From assembly GCF_000189295.2 (NCBI RefSeq), contig NC_016803.1, positions 3,420,001 through 3,452,000 on the forward strand: 32,000 bases of DNA, written 5' to 3'. The stretch is from Pseudodesulfovibrio mercurii (lineage in GTDB: Bacteria; Desulfobacterota; Desulfovibrionia; Desulfovibrionales; Desulfovibrionaceae). Positions 1 through 7,926 of this stretch are shown piece after piece (position 1 is the first letter of the stretch; each line of letters begins with the position of its first letter). The notes beneath the pieces were generated by a model, which was not told the origin of the DNA, searched no databases, and saw only the letters and a program-made list of their open reading frames with translations. The position numbers and the translations under genes were made by a program.

Positions 1-672
1 TACTGGCTGGCCGTGTCGCGCGGGGTGCGCGCGGACACCCGCTACCAGCGCAGCGGGACCTACGTGATCAACGTCGGGGGCACGGACTACCAGGTCGAGG
101 CGCCGGGCAACCTCAAGACCGAAAAACTCGTCTCCTACGAGGCGGGCTACCGTCAGGCCCTGACCCAGGACGCCCGGTTCGACCTCTCCCTGTACGTCAA
201 CGACTACTCCGAACTGCTCATGCTCGAGCTGGACAAGACCACCCACACGGCCAAGGTGACCAACTCCCTCAAGGGCACGGCCTACGGCCTGGAGGCCATG
301 TTCGAGTGGACCGCCGCCGACTGGCTGACCCTCAAGCCCTCGGTCAGCCTCATCTACCAGAACCTCTACGGCCTGGAGTCCGGGCCGGTGGGCGACTCCA
401 TGCCCGAAGAGGGGTTCGGCGGCGAGGTCAAGCTGCAGATCCTGACCAAGCCGCTCAAGGACGTGGGCTTCGACCTCTTTCTCGGCTACATCGACAGCCC
501 GGACCAGCTCCACCTGCCCGCCTACTTCAACGTGGACGCCCACGCCTCCTGGCGGGTCTCGGACGCGCTCCTGCTCGAACTCATCGGCCGCAACCTCGGC
601 GGCTCCCACGAACAGTTCTCGGAAATGGCCGTGGGCCCGAGCCTGGATTGCCGGATAACCTGGGACTTCTGA
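1..672 (+). CDS. TonB-dependent receptor / outer-membrane beta-barrel, C-terminal fragment (5' end lies outside the window)
   Basis: Frame 1 is open from base 1 (YWLAVSRG...). The translation shows alternating beta-strand-like segments (SYEAGYRQAL, FDLSLYVNDY, AYGLEAMFEW). It ends ...CRITWDF with the terminal aromatic Phe typical of OM barrels. Stop TGA is at 670-672. Confidence 0.7.
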   Translation, partial: YWLAVSRGVRADTRYQRSGTYVINVGGTDYQVEAPGNLKTEKLVSYEAGYRQALTQDARFDLSLYVNDYSELLMLELDKTTHTAKVTNSLKGTAYGLEAMFEWTAADWLTLKPSVSLIYQNLYGLESGPVGDSMPEEGFGGEVKLQILTKPLKDVGFDLFLGYIDSPDQLHLPAYFNVDAHASWRVSDALLLELIGRNLGGSHEQFSEMAVGPSLDCRITWDF

Positions 673-1208
673 TGGGTGCGCTGCGGCCGATACTCGTCGC
701 CGCCCTGGCCTGGGCGCTGCTCCTGCCGTCGCTCCCGGCCCTGGGCGGGACGCGCCTGACCGCCACCCCGGACCAGCTGCGCGCCCTGTACGTGCAGCGG
801 CTGGTCAAGTATGCGGCCTGGCCGGAGGGCGCGGGCCCGGCGCCGGGCCGTCCCTTCGTGGTCGCGGCCACGGACCCGGCCCGGCTGCGCCCCTACTTCC
901 CGGCGCCGGACAACGGCGACCCCGCCTTCGAGCTGGTCCAGTGGCCCGCCGAGTGCGACGTGCTCGTCCTGGTCGGCGCGTCCCGGCGGGAGGTCGCGGC
1001 CATCCTCAAGCGCGTGGCGGACAGGCCCGTGCTGACCATCACCCAGGACCCGGACGGCCCGGCCCTGGGCGCGATCATCAATTTCGTCATGCAGGGCGGC
1101 CGCCTCAAGCTCGAGGTCAGCCCCGAGGCGGCCCGCCGGGCCGGGCTGACCATCAGCTCCCGGCTGCTGCAACTGGCCCGCATCTACCGGGAGGCGCCCC
1201 GTGACTAA
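672..1208 (+). CDS. YfiR-family (DUF4154-like) periplasmic protein
   Basis: The ATG at 672 overlaps the upstream TGA by 1 nt (TGATG). An N-terminal signal peptide is present (MGALRPILVAALAWALLLPSLPALG). The C-terminal block GAIINFVMQGGRLKLEVSPEAARRAGLTISSRLLQLARI matches my recollection of the YfiR/DUF4154 signature. The 122-aa upstream extension of ORF 306..1208 overlaps the receptor gene and is Arg/Pro-rich, so it was rejected. Confidence 0.65.
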   Translation: MGALRPILVAALAWALLLPSLPALGGTRLTATPDQLRALYVQRLVKYAAWPEGAGPAPGRPFVVAATDPARLRPYFPAPDNGDPAFELVQWPAECDVLVLVGASRREVAAILKRVADRPVLTITQDPDGPALGAIINFVMQGGRLKLEVSPEAARRAGLTISSRLLQLARIYREAPRD

Positions 1209-2712
1209 GCCCGCGCGCCCCCCCAAGATGACCCCCCTGGGCCGGAAGATCGCGGCGGCCATCCTCGGCACCACCCTGGTGGCCCTGGCCCTGAGCTTTC
1301 TCCTCAACGCCATCCCCATGGTCAACGCCTACCGTCAGGAGGGCGTGGACAAGGCCCGCTCCCTGGCCGAGCTCATGGCCCGCTCCCTGGCCGCGCCCGT
1401 GGACTTCGACGATCCCGAGGCCGCGGCCGAGAACCTGCGCACCCTGTCCCTCAATCCCAACGTGCTCGGAGCGGCCGTGTACCTCGGCAACGCCGCGCCC
1501 TTCGCCGTGTACGGCACGCCGCCGGACTTCGCCTCCCTGGCCGGGCCGGGGGTGACCACCTCCCTGTCCGCCCTGACCGTGGCGGCCGGGATTCCCTGCG
1601 GCAGCACCGGCTGCCTGGTGGTCCTGAACGTCTCCCTGGCCGGGCAGTGGGGGCTGCTCAAGTCCTACCTGGTCAGCGGCGGGCTCATCCTGCTCGGGGT
1701 GTTCGTCTTCTGCTTCAAGCTGGCGGGCACGTTCCGGCGCAGGCTCGGCGACCCCCTGCGCGAGCTGACCGAGGCCATCGGCGACATCTCCGGCAGCCGG
1801 GACTACTCCCGCCGCGTGGACTACCGCAGCGACGACGAGCTGGGCGTGCTCGTGGCCGAGTTCAACGCCATGCTCGAGCGCATCGAGGACCGCGACGACC
1901 GCTTGAACCGGCACCGCGAGATGCTCGAACAGCGGGTCGAGGAACGGACCCTGCAACTCAAGGTCAAGCAGCTCGAACTGCTCAAGAACAACCGCCAGCT
2001 GTACAGCGAGATTCGCCGCCGCGCCCAGGCCGAGATGATCCGCGAGGAGGTGGAGCGCATCAACCGCCACGACCTCAAGTCCGGCCTGAGCCTGGTCATC
2101 GGCTACCCGGAACTGCTCCTCCAGCAGGGCGATCTCTCCGCCGAGCAGGTCAAGCTCATCAAGCGCATCCGCGCCGCCGGGTACCGCATGCTCGACATGA
2201 TCCGCAACCACCTGGACATGTTCAAGATGGAGAAGGGCGTCTACGCCCTGAACCGGCTGCCCATCGATCTGGTGGAGACCTTCTGCGACCTGGAGGAGGA
2301 ACTGGCCCCGCAGCTGAACAGCTCGGGCGTGCGGCTGGCCATCCGTCTGAAGGGGCGGGACGTGGTCGGCGACGAGACCTACTCCGTGTCCGGCGAGGGC
2401 CCGCTTCTGCGGACCATGTGCCGCAACCTGGTGCAGAACGCCATCGAGGCCTCGCGGCCGGGCGACGAGGTGGTGGTCTCCCTGGAGGACGACCACGCCG
2501 GGCGGCCCGGCCTGACCGTGACCAACCCCACGCCCGTGCCCCCGGAGGTCCGCGAGCGGTTCTTCGAGAAGTACGTCACCCACGGCAAGGAGAACGGCAC
2601 CGGGCTCGGCACCTACTTCGCCGCGCTCATCGCCCGGACCCACGGCGCGGACATCGCCATGAACACGGGCGAGGAGACCGGCACCACCCTGCGCATCACC
2701 TTCCGCCGCTAG
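1201..2712 (+). CDS. Membrane sensor histidine kinase (2 TM, ~120-aa periplasmic loop, HAMP, coiled coil, DHp, HATPase_c)
   Basis: The GTG at 1201 has GGAGG 6 nt upstream and overlaps the yfiR-like stop by 8 nt; an alternative ATG lies at 1228. The HAMP motif is DELGVLVAEFNAMLERIE and the H-box is RINRHDLKSGLS. The N-box is NLVQNAIEAS and the G-box is GTGLGTYF. Confidence 0.85.
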   Translation: MTKPARPPKMTPLGRKIAAAILGTTLVALALSFLLNAIPMVNAYRQEGVDKARSLAELMARSLAAPVDFDDPEAAAENLRTLSLNPNVLGAAVYLGNAAPFAVYGTPPDFASLAGPGVTTSLSALTVAAGIPCGSTGCLVVLNVSLAGQWGLLKSYLVSGGLILLGVFVFCFKLAGTFRRRLGDPLRELTEAIGDISGSRDYSRRVDYRSDDELGVLVAEFNAMLERIEDRDDRLNRHREMLEQRVEERTLQLKVKQLELLKNNRQLYSEIRRRAQAEMIREEVERINRHDLKSGLSLVIGYPELLLQQGDLSAEQVKLIKRIRAAGYRMLDMIRNHLDMFKMEKGVYALNRLPIDLVETFCDLEEELAPQLNSSGVRLAIRLKGRDVVGDETYSVSGEGPLLRTMCRNLVQNAIEASRPGDEVVVSLEDDHAGRPGLTVTNPTPVPPEVRERFFEKYVTHGKENGTGLGTYFAALIARTHGADIAMNTGEETGTTLRITFRR

Positions 2713-2766
2713 GCGGGCCGGATCGGCGGGGCGCGGCCGTCCGGGGCGGATTGCGGACCTTTCGCG

Positions 2767-2806
2767 AAAAAGGGGCCGCCGGAGCATGTCTCCGGCGGCC
2801 CCTTGT
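2767..2806. terminator. Bidirectional intrinsic terminator between convergent genes
   Basis: A 13-bp perfect GC-rich stem pairs ggggccgccggag (2772-2784) with ctccggcggcccc (2790-2802) around a 5-nt loop. An A5 run sits on the left (a U-run for the minus-strand RND transcript) and ttgt on the right. Confidence 0.75.
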
Positions 2807-2814
2807 CGTGCGGG

Positions 2815-5800
2815 TTATTCCGCGGGGAGGTTGTCGGCCTTGAGGTCGCTGCCCCGTTCGATGACCGCCGGGTCCCAGCGGTAGCCCTTGAATCCCTGGC
2901 GGAAGAAGAGGGAGTAGAGGACCGGGCAGAGGACCAGGGTCAGGACCGTGGCCACGGTCAGGCCGGACATGATCAGGTTGGCCATGGGCCGCCACATCTC
3001 GCCGCCCTGGAGGGAGAGCGGGACCATGCCGATGATGGTCGTGGTGGCGGTCATGATGATCGGCCGGGCTCGCTCCATGGACGAGAGCACGATGGCGTCG
3101 GCCAGGTCCAGGCCGCGCCCGCGCTGGATCTCGATGCGGTCGATGAGCATGATCGCGTTGTTCACGATGATGCCGAGCAGGGAGATCATGCCGAGCATGG
3201 CCATGAACCCGAAGGGCGAGTTGGTGGCCAGCATGCCGGTGGAGATGCCGATGATCATGGGCGGCAGGGTCAGCAGGATGATCAGGGGCCGCCGGACGGA
3301 GTTGAACTGGAAGATGAGCACCAGCACGAGCAGTCCCATGGCCAGGGGCATGTTCGCGTTGATGGCGGCCTGGGCCTCGGCGCTCTCCTCGAACTCGCCG
3401 CCGTACTCGACGTTGTAGCCCAGCGGCCAGTCGGCCTTGCCCATGAGCTGCTGCACGGCCGGGCGGACCTTGGCCAGGATGGACTGGGCGTAGTAGCCGT
3501 CGGCCACGTCGGCCTTGATGGTCATGGTCCGGCCCTGGTCGCGGCGGCGGATGTCCGAGGGCTGCCAGTCCAGGCGGGTGGTGGCCACCTGGGACAGGGG
3601 CACGCTGATGCCGGTGTCGTAGGAGTAGACGTTGAGGCTGTCGAGCTTGTCCAGGTGGTTGCGGAAGCCCTCGTCGTTGCGCAGCAGGATGGGGATGATG
3701 GTGTCGCCCTCGCGGTAGTTGGAGGCGGGCAGTCCGGACATGGCGGTCTGGAGGGACACGGCCACGTCGAAGCTGGACAGCCCGGCCTCGCGGGCCTTGT
3801 CCTGGTCCACCTGGACGATCATCTTCTTGGTCCACTGGCCCCAGTCGTCCCAGACGCGGGTGATGCCCGCCTGTTGCTCGACGAGGGGCACGATCTCGTC
3901 GCGCAGGGTGTAGAGGGTCTCGATGTCCGTCCCGGACAGGCGGATCTGGAGCTTGGCCCCCACGGGCGGGCCGTTCATGAGCTTGTTCAGGCTGTAGTCC
4001 GCGTCGGGGAAGTTGTCCTCCAGGGTCCGCCGGGTGCGCTTGATGACCTGATCCACAGACTCGATGGAGGCGGTGTTGACCACGAAGGTGGCCAGGTTGT
4101 CGTTCTTCTGTTCGAGGTTCAGGGGCAGGTACCAGCGCGGGCCGCCGTGGCCCACGAACACGCCCACGCCGGTCACGTCGGCGTCGCCCATGAGGACCTT
4201 TTCCAACCGCTCCACGCGGCGCTCGGTGGCGGTGATGTCCGTGCCGTAGGGCTGCCAGAAGTCGATGGTGAACTGGGCCCGCTCGTTGGGCGGGAAGAAC
4301 ATCTTGGGCAGGAACTGGAAGGCCCAGCCCGCGACCACGCAGCACAGGACGATGCCGGCCACGAACACGGTGCGGTGGCGCAGGGACCACAGGAGCAGGG
4401 CGCGGTAGAAGCGGTAGATCCGGCTCGTGAAGGTCTGGACGGTCAGCTTGGGCCTGAGCAGGTAGTAGCACATCATGGGGACCATGGACATGGACAGCCC
4501 CCAGGAGCAGGCCAGGGTCAGGGTGACGACCACGAACAGGGAGGAGCAGAACTCGCCCACCGGGTGGGTGGTGGCCAGGGGGATGGGCAGGAAGGCGAAG
4601 ATGGTCGTCAGCGACGCGGCCAAAAGCGGCATCCACAGCTCGGCCACGGCGCCCGTGGCGGCCTTGAGGCGATCCTCGCCCGCGGCCAGGCGGACCAGGA
4701 TGGCCTCGGACACGACCACGCCGTTGTCCACGAGGATGCCCAGCGAGATGATCAGCGAGGCGATGGAGATGCGTTGCAGCCCCACGTCGAAGTAGGGCAT
4801 GAGCGCGATGCAGCCGAGCATGGCCATGGGCACCAGGGACCCGGCGATGACGCCCGTGCGCAGCCCGGCGAAGAGCAGGATGATGACGACGACGAAGGCG
4901 AAGGACTCCAGCAGGTTGACCATGAAGTCGTTGATGGCCTTGCGGACGTAGTCGGGCTGGAACACGACCAGGTTGGTGTCCAGGCCCACGAACATGTTCG
5001 CCTTGAGCTGGTCCAGGCGCTGGGCGATGCGGTCGCCCAGCTCGGTGATGTTGCCCCCCTCGGCCATGGACACGGCCAGGATGAGGCACGGCTTGCCGTT
5101 GTACCGGGCCATGGTGGACGGCGGGTCCGAGAAGCCGCGCGAGATGTCGGCCACGTCGGCCAGGCGGACCGAGGTCTTCTTGCCCGGCGGGCGGATGGAC
5201 AGGGAGTAGATGTCCTCCACGCCCTTGAATTCGCCGGTGGGCTCGATGACGATGCGCTCGGGACCGACCATGCTCGAACCGCTGGGCTGGAGGGTGTTCT
5301 GGCTGTCGATCATCTGGGCCAGGACAAAGGGGCTGACCCCGGCGGCGGCCATGCGCGAGTTGGTGAAGTCCACGAAGATGCGTTCGTCCTGCACGCCCCA
5401 GCGCTCGACCTTGCCCACGCCCTTGAGCTTGAGCAGTTCGTCGCGCATGTCGTCGGCCGCGTCCTTGAGTTCGCGGTAGGAGAAGCCGTCGCCGGTCAGG
5501 GCGATGACGATGCCGTAGACGTCGCCGAACTCGTCGTTGACCACCGGGGTCTGGGCCTCCTCGGGCAGGTCCGGTGCGGCGTCGTCCACCTTGTTGCGCA
5601 GCTTCTGCCAGTAGGGCTGCATGTCCTTGATGGAGTCCTCGAACTCCACCTTGATGATGGACAGGCCTGACATGGACTGGGATTCCACGGTCTTGACCCC
5701 GTCGATCTCGCGGATCTTCTCCTCGAGCTTGTCGGTGACCAGTTCCTCCACCCGCTGGGGCGAGGCCCCGGGAAAGACCGTGGAGATGATCCCGACGCGG

Positions 5801-5925
5801 ATGGTGAAGTCCGGGTCCTCGCCCTTGGGGATGGAGAAGAAGGTCATCACGCCGCTGACGGCGATGAGCAGAAAGATGACGAGGGAGGTGCGGTTGTTGG
5901 TGATGCACCACTTGGCCAGGTTCAT
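2815..5925 (-). CDS. RND efflux transporter permease (AcrB/HAE-type inner-membrane subunit)
   Basis: The 1036-aa ORF starts MNLAKWCITNNRTSLVIFLLIAVSG. It has large periplasmic loops alternating with hydrophobic clusters, typical of 12-TM RND pumps. It begins 3 nt after the adaptor gene stop. Confidence 0.93.
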   Translation of the reverse strand: MNLAKWCITNNRTSLVIFLLIAVSGVMTFFSIPKGEDPDFTIRVGIISTVFPGASPQRVEELVTDKLEEKIREIDGVKTVESQSMSGLSIIKVEFEDSIKDMQPYWQKLRNKVDDAAPDLPEEAQTPVVNDEFGDVYGIVIALTGDGFSYRELKDAADDMRDELLKLKGVGKVERWGVQDERIFVDFTNSRMAAAGVSPFVLAQMIDSQNTLQPSGSSMVGPERIVIEPTGEFKGVEDIYSLSIRPPGKKTSVRLADVADISRGFSDPPSTMARYNGKPCLILAVSMAEGGNITELGDRIAQRLDQLKANMFVGLDTNLVVFQPDYVRKAINDFMVNLLESFAFVVVIILLFAGLRTGVIAGSLVPMAMLGCIALMPYFDVGLQRISIASLIISLGILVDNGVVVSEAILVRLAAGEDRLKAATGAVAELWMPLLAASLTTIFAFLPIPLATTHPVGEFCSSLFVVVTLTLACSWGLSMSMVPMMCYYLLRPKLTVQTFTSRIYRFYRALLLWSLRHRTVFVAGIVLCCVVAGWAFQFLPKMFFPPNERAQFTIDFWQPYGTDITATERRVERLEKVLMGDADVTGVGVFVGHGGPRWYLPLNLEQKNDNLATFVVNTASIESVDQVIKRTRRTLEDNFPDADYSLNKLMNGPPVGAKLQIRLSGTDIETLYTLRDEIVPLVEQQAGITRVWDDWGQWTKKMIVQVDQDKAREAGLSSFDVAVSLQTAMSGLPASNYREGDTIIPILLRNDEGFRNHLDKLDSLNVYSYDTGISVPLSQVATTRLDWQPSDIRRRDQGRTMTIKADVADGYYAQSILAKVRPAVQQLMGKADWPLGYNVEYGGEFEESAEAQAAINANMPLAMGLLVLVLIFQFNSVRRPLIILLTLPPMIIGISTGMLATNSPFGFMAMLGMISLLGIIVNNAIMLIDRIEIQRGRGLDLADAIVLSSMERARPIIMTATTTIIGMVPLSLQGGEMWRPMANLIMSGLTVATVLTLVLCPVLYSLFFRQGFKGYRWDPAVIERGSDLKADNLPAE

Positions 5926-5927
5926 GG

Positions 5928-7019
5928 TCAGCCCTCCGACGCGGCCTTGAGCAGGCGGACCTTGCGGCCCTCCTCAAGGCTGTGCACGCCCCGGATGACG
6001 ATGATGTCGCCGTCCTCGATGCCGCCCTCGATCTCGACTCCGACCGGGGTGAGCTGGCCCACGCTGACGTCGCGCCGGGTCACGGTGGAGGTTTCGGGGT
6101 TCACCACCCAGACGGCGTGGGAGCCGTCGGGCTCGCCGACCACGGCCGCCGGGGGCAGGTAGAAGGCGGCCTTGGCGTGGCCCAGGCCGGTGAAGTTGAC
6201 GTGGCCGGACATGCCGCTGCGCACCATGCGGTCCGCGTTGTCCAGGTAGACCTTGACCGGGTAGGTGGAGCCCGTGCCGGACTCCACGCCGATCTCCTCC
6301 ACCTTGCCCCGCATGGTCCGGCCCGGCAGGGCGTCGAAGGCCACGGCCACCTCGTCCCCCTCCCCGACCTGGGCGATGAGGGTGTCGGGCACGGAGATGT
6401 ACATCTTCATCTGGCGGCCCGCGTTGTAGGTGGCGACGGCCTGGCCCGCGCTGACGTTCTGGTGCACGTCGGCCTCGACCTCACCGATCCAGCCCTCGAA
6501 GGGCGCGCGCAGGGTGGTGTAGCCCAGCCGCTTGCCGGCGATGTCGAGCTGCTTGGCCGAGGCGCTGAGCTGGGCCTCGTAGGACTTGAAGTCCGCCTCC
6601 ACCTGGTCCAGTTCGCCGCGCGAGATGACCCGGCCCTCGTACAGGCGGGTGTTGCGTTCGAGGTCCGCCTTGGCACGGACGTAGTTGGCCCGGACCTGCT
6701 CCATGTTGGCCCTGGCCTGCCGGAGCTCCAGCTCGTAGTCGGACGGGTCCAGGCGGGCGATGATTCCGCCCACGGCGAACTTGCGGCCGATCTGGTTGCC
6801 GGGAAATTCGACGATCTTGCCGCCCACGCGGAAGGAGAGCCGGGTGGCCAGGGCGTCCTCGGCCGTGCCCGCGAAGGACCACAGCTTGCTGCTGTCGGTG
6901 CGCACGGCGCGGGTGGTCCTGACCGGGCGGACGGGCTCGGGCACGGGCTCGGGCTTGCGGCCGCAGGCGGCGAGCAGGGTCAGGCAGAGCACGGCGGCGA
7001 GGGGGAGGAGGCGGTTCAT
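5928..7019 (-). CDS. RND efflux periplasmic adaptor (membrane fusion protein), lipoprotein
   Basis: The start was chosen at the ATG 7019-7017 (MNRLLPLAAVLCLTLLAAC, lipobox LAAC). Coiled-coil/lipoyl/beta-barrel-type sequence is present (ELELRQARANMEQVRANYVRAKADLERN). The upstream 64-aa extension of ORF 5928..7211 overlaps tetR and was rejected. Confidence 0.9.
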   Translation of the reverse strand: MNRLLPLAAVLCLTLLAACGRKPEPVPEPVRPVRTTRAVRTDSSKLWSFAGTAEDALATRLSFRVGGKIVEFPGNQIGRKFAVGGIIARLDPSDYELELRQARANMEQVRANYVRAKADLERNTRLYEGRVISRGELDQVEADFKSYEAQLSASAKQLDIAGKRLGYTTLRAPFEGWIGEVEADVHQNVSAGQAVATYNAGRQMKMYISVPDTLIAQVGEGDEVAVAFDALPGRTMRGKVEEIGVESGTGSTYPVKVYLDNADRMVRSGMSGHVNFTGLGHAKAAFYLPPAAVVGEPDGSHAVWVVNPETSTVTRRDVSVGQLTPVGVEIEGGIEDGDIIVIRGVHSLEEGRKVRLLKAASEG

Positions 7020-7699
7020 TGCATGTTCTCCATGGGGAGGCCGAGGAGCCCCCGGATGCGGGTCTTGACGATGGCTTCGATGGCCTCGATGTGTCCCTCG
7101 TAGGACGCCCAGCCCAGCCGCTTGCAGAGCAGGAACTGGCCTTCGAGGAGCTTGATGACGGTGTTGATGATCAGGTGGCCGGTGATGATCGCGTCGGTCT
7201 CGCCCAGGCAATGGGCGGCGGTCCCCCGGACCAGGGCGGCCAGGGCGTCCAGGTTGGGATTGAAGAAGGCCGCCTCCAGCTTGGGATAGAGCTCGGTGGG
7301 GTGGACCAGCTCGCGGGAGATGATGACCGTGCCCCAGACGTAGTCGGTGGGGCCCAGGAGCCCGTCCATGATGGTGCCCATGAACCAGTCCACGACCTCG
7401 CCCCTGGCCTCGGGGGTGGCGTCGGCGTCGGCCAGCCTGGCCTCGACCTCCTCAAGGGGCGGGAAGATCTGATCGCGGACGATGACGATCTCCCGGATGA
7501 TGGCCTCGTAGAGCCCGGACTTGCCGCCGAAATGGTAGCTCACGGTGGCCAGGTTGACCCCGGCCTCGGCGGCCAGGGTGCGCATGGACACGCCGTTGTA
7601 GCCGTTCTGGGCGAACAGCCGCGCGCCGGTCCGGAGCAGCGTGGCGCGCGTCTCCTCGCCCTGGGCCTGTCTGAGGGACTTGCGTCCTTTGCTGCTCAT
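7016..7699 (-). CDS. TetR/AcrR-family transcriptional regulator
   Basis: The N-terminal HTH reads TRATLLRTGARLFAQNGYNGVSMRTLAAEAGVNLATVSYHFGGK. GGAGG lies 6 nt upstream of the ATG at 7699. The stop overlaps the adaptor start as ATGA (7019-7016), so tetR-mfp-rnd look co-transcribed. Confidence 0.9.
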   Translation of the reverse strand: MSSKGRKSLRQAQGEETRATLLRTGARLFAQNGYNGVSMRTLAAEAGVNLATVSYHFGGKSGLYEAIIREIVIVRDQIFPPLEEVEARLADADATPEARGEVVDWFMGTIMDGLLGPTDYVWGTVIISRELVHPTELYPKLEAAFFNPNLDALAALVRGTAAHCLGETDAIITGHLIINTVIKLLEGQFLLCKRLGWASYEGHIEAIEAIVKTRIRGLLGLPMENMQ

Positions 7700-7739
7700 G
7701 CCTGCCTCCGGGGATGGTCTTCAGGGTGGAAAGAGTGCC

Positions 7740-7779
7740 TGTATACGCCCGCCCTCAACTCTTTGTCAAACGTTCGTTT
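7740..7779 (-). promoter_or_regulatory. Candidate sigma-70-type promoter for the tetR-mfp-rnd operon, with an overlapping small palindrome
   Basis: On the minus strand there is TTGACA (7769-7764), an 18-nt spacer and TATACA (7745-7740), about 40 nt upstream of the tetR ATG. The palindrome AAACG-TT-CGTTT (7768-7779) abuts and overlaps the -35 and is a possible TetR operator. This rests on motif match only. Confidence 0.35.
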
Positions 7780-7790
7780 AAGATATAATG

Positions 7791-7852
7791 AGGGGGACAG
7801 TATACCTAATTATTGCGACCCGAAGAGGTGGAGTTAGGTATACTGTCCCCCT
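7791..7852. repeat. 19-bp perfect inverted repeat with a 24-nt spacer
   Basis: The arm agggggacagtatacctaa (7791-7809) pairs with ttaggtatactgtccccct (7834-7852). It sits in a locally AT-rich intergenic stretch between the potD terminator and the tetR promoter. Confidence 0.85.
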
Positions 7853-7865
7853 AATTAGGCACACG

Positions 7866-7897
7866 CAAAAGAAAGGGCCGGACGCGGGGTCCGGCCC
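7866..7897 (-). terminator. Intrinsic terminator downstream of potD
   Basis: The stem gggccggac (7875-7883) pairs with gtccggccc (7889-7897) around a 5-nt loop. On the minus strand the hairpin is followed by TTTCTTTTG (complement of 7866-7874). Confidence 0.8.
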
Positions 7898-7926
7898 TTG
7901 GGGAGGCGGTGATGAGGGGGGCGGGG

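Noticed and set aside
306-671. N-terminal extensions offered by the ORF track: 306-671 for the yfiR-like gene, and likewise 7020-7211, 8962-9315, 14432-14602, 22649-22708, 25895-25993 and 29316-29360.
   Set aside because: Each extension overlaps the preceding gene or intergenic hairpins and is Arg/Pro/His-rich. Each is followed by an internal Met that begins a signal peptide, lipobox or conserved N-terminal motif with a plausible ribosome-binding site.
1153-2787. A 544-aa minus-strand ORF opposite the histidine kinase gene, plus ORF 1647-2843 on the plus strand.
   Set aside because: These are shadow frames. The kinase frame shows HAMP, H, N and G boxes, and these frames show none.
2696-5977. 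A 1093-aa minus-strand ORF and a 955-aa plus-strand ORF (2803-5670) overlapping the RND permease gene.
   Set aside because: They are Arg/Pro/Gly/His-rich nonsense translations in alternative frames of a gene whose own frame gives a textbook RND sequence.
7791-7852. The 19-bp inverted repeat interpreted as a miniature transposable element (MITE) or IS remnant.
   Set aside because: There are only 24 nt between the arms. No flanking direct target-site duplication is visible (left flank ...tataatg, right flank aattagg...). There is no transposase anywhere in the window and no second copy seen in it.
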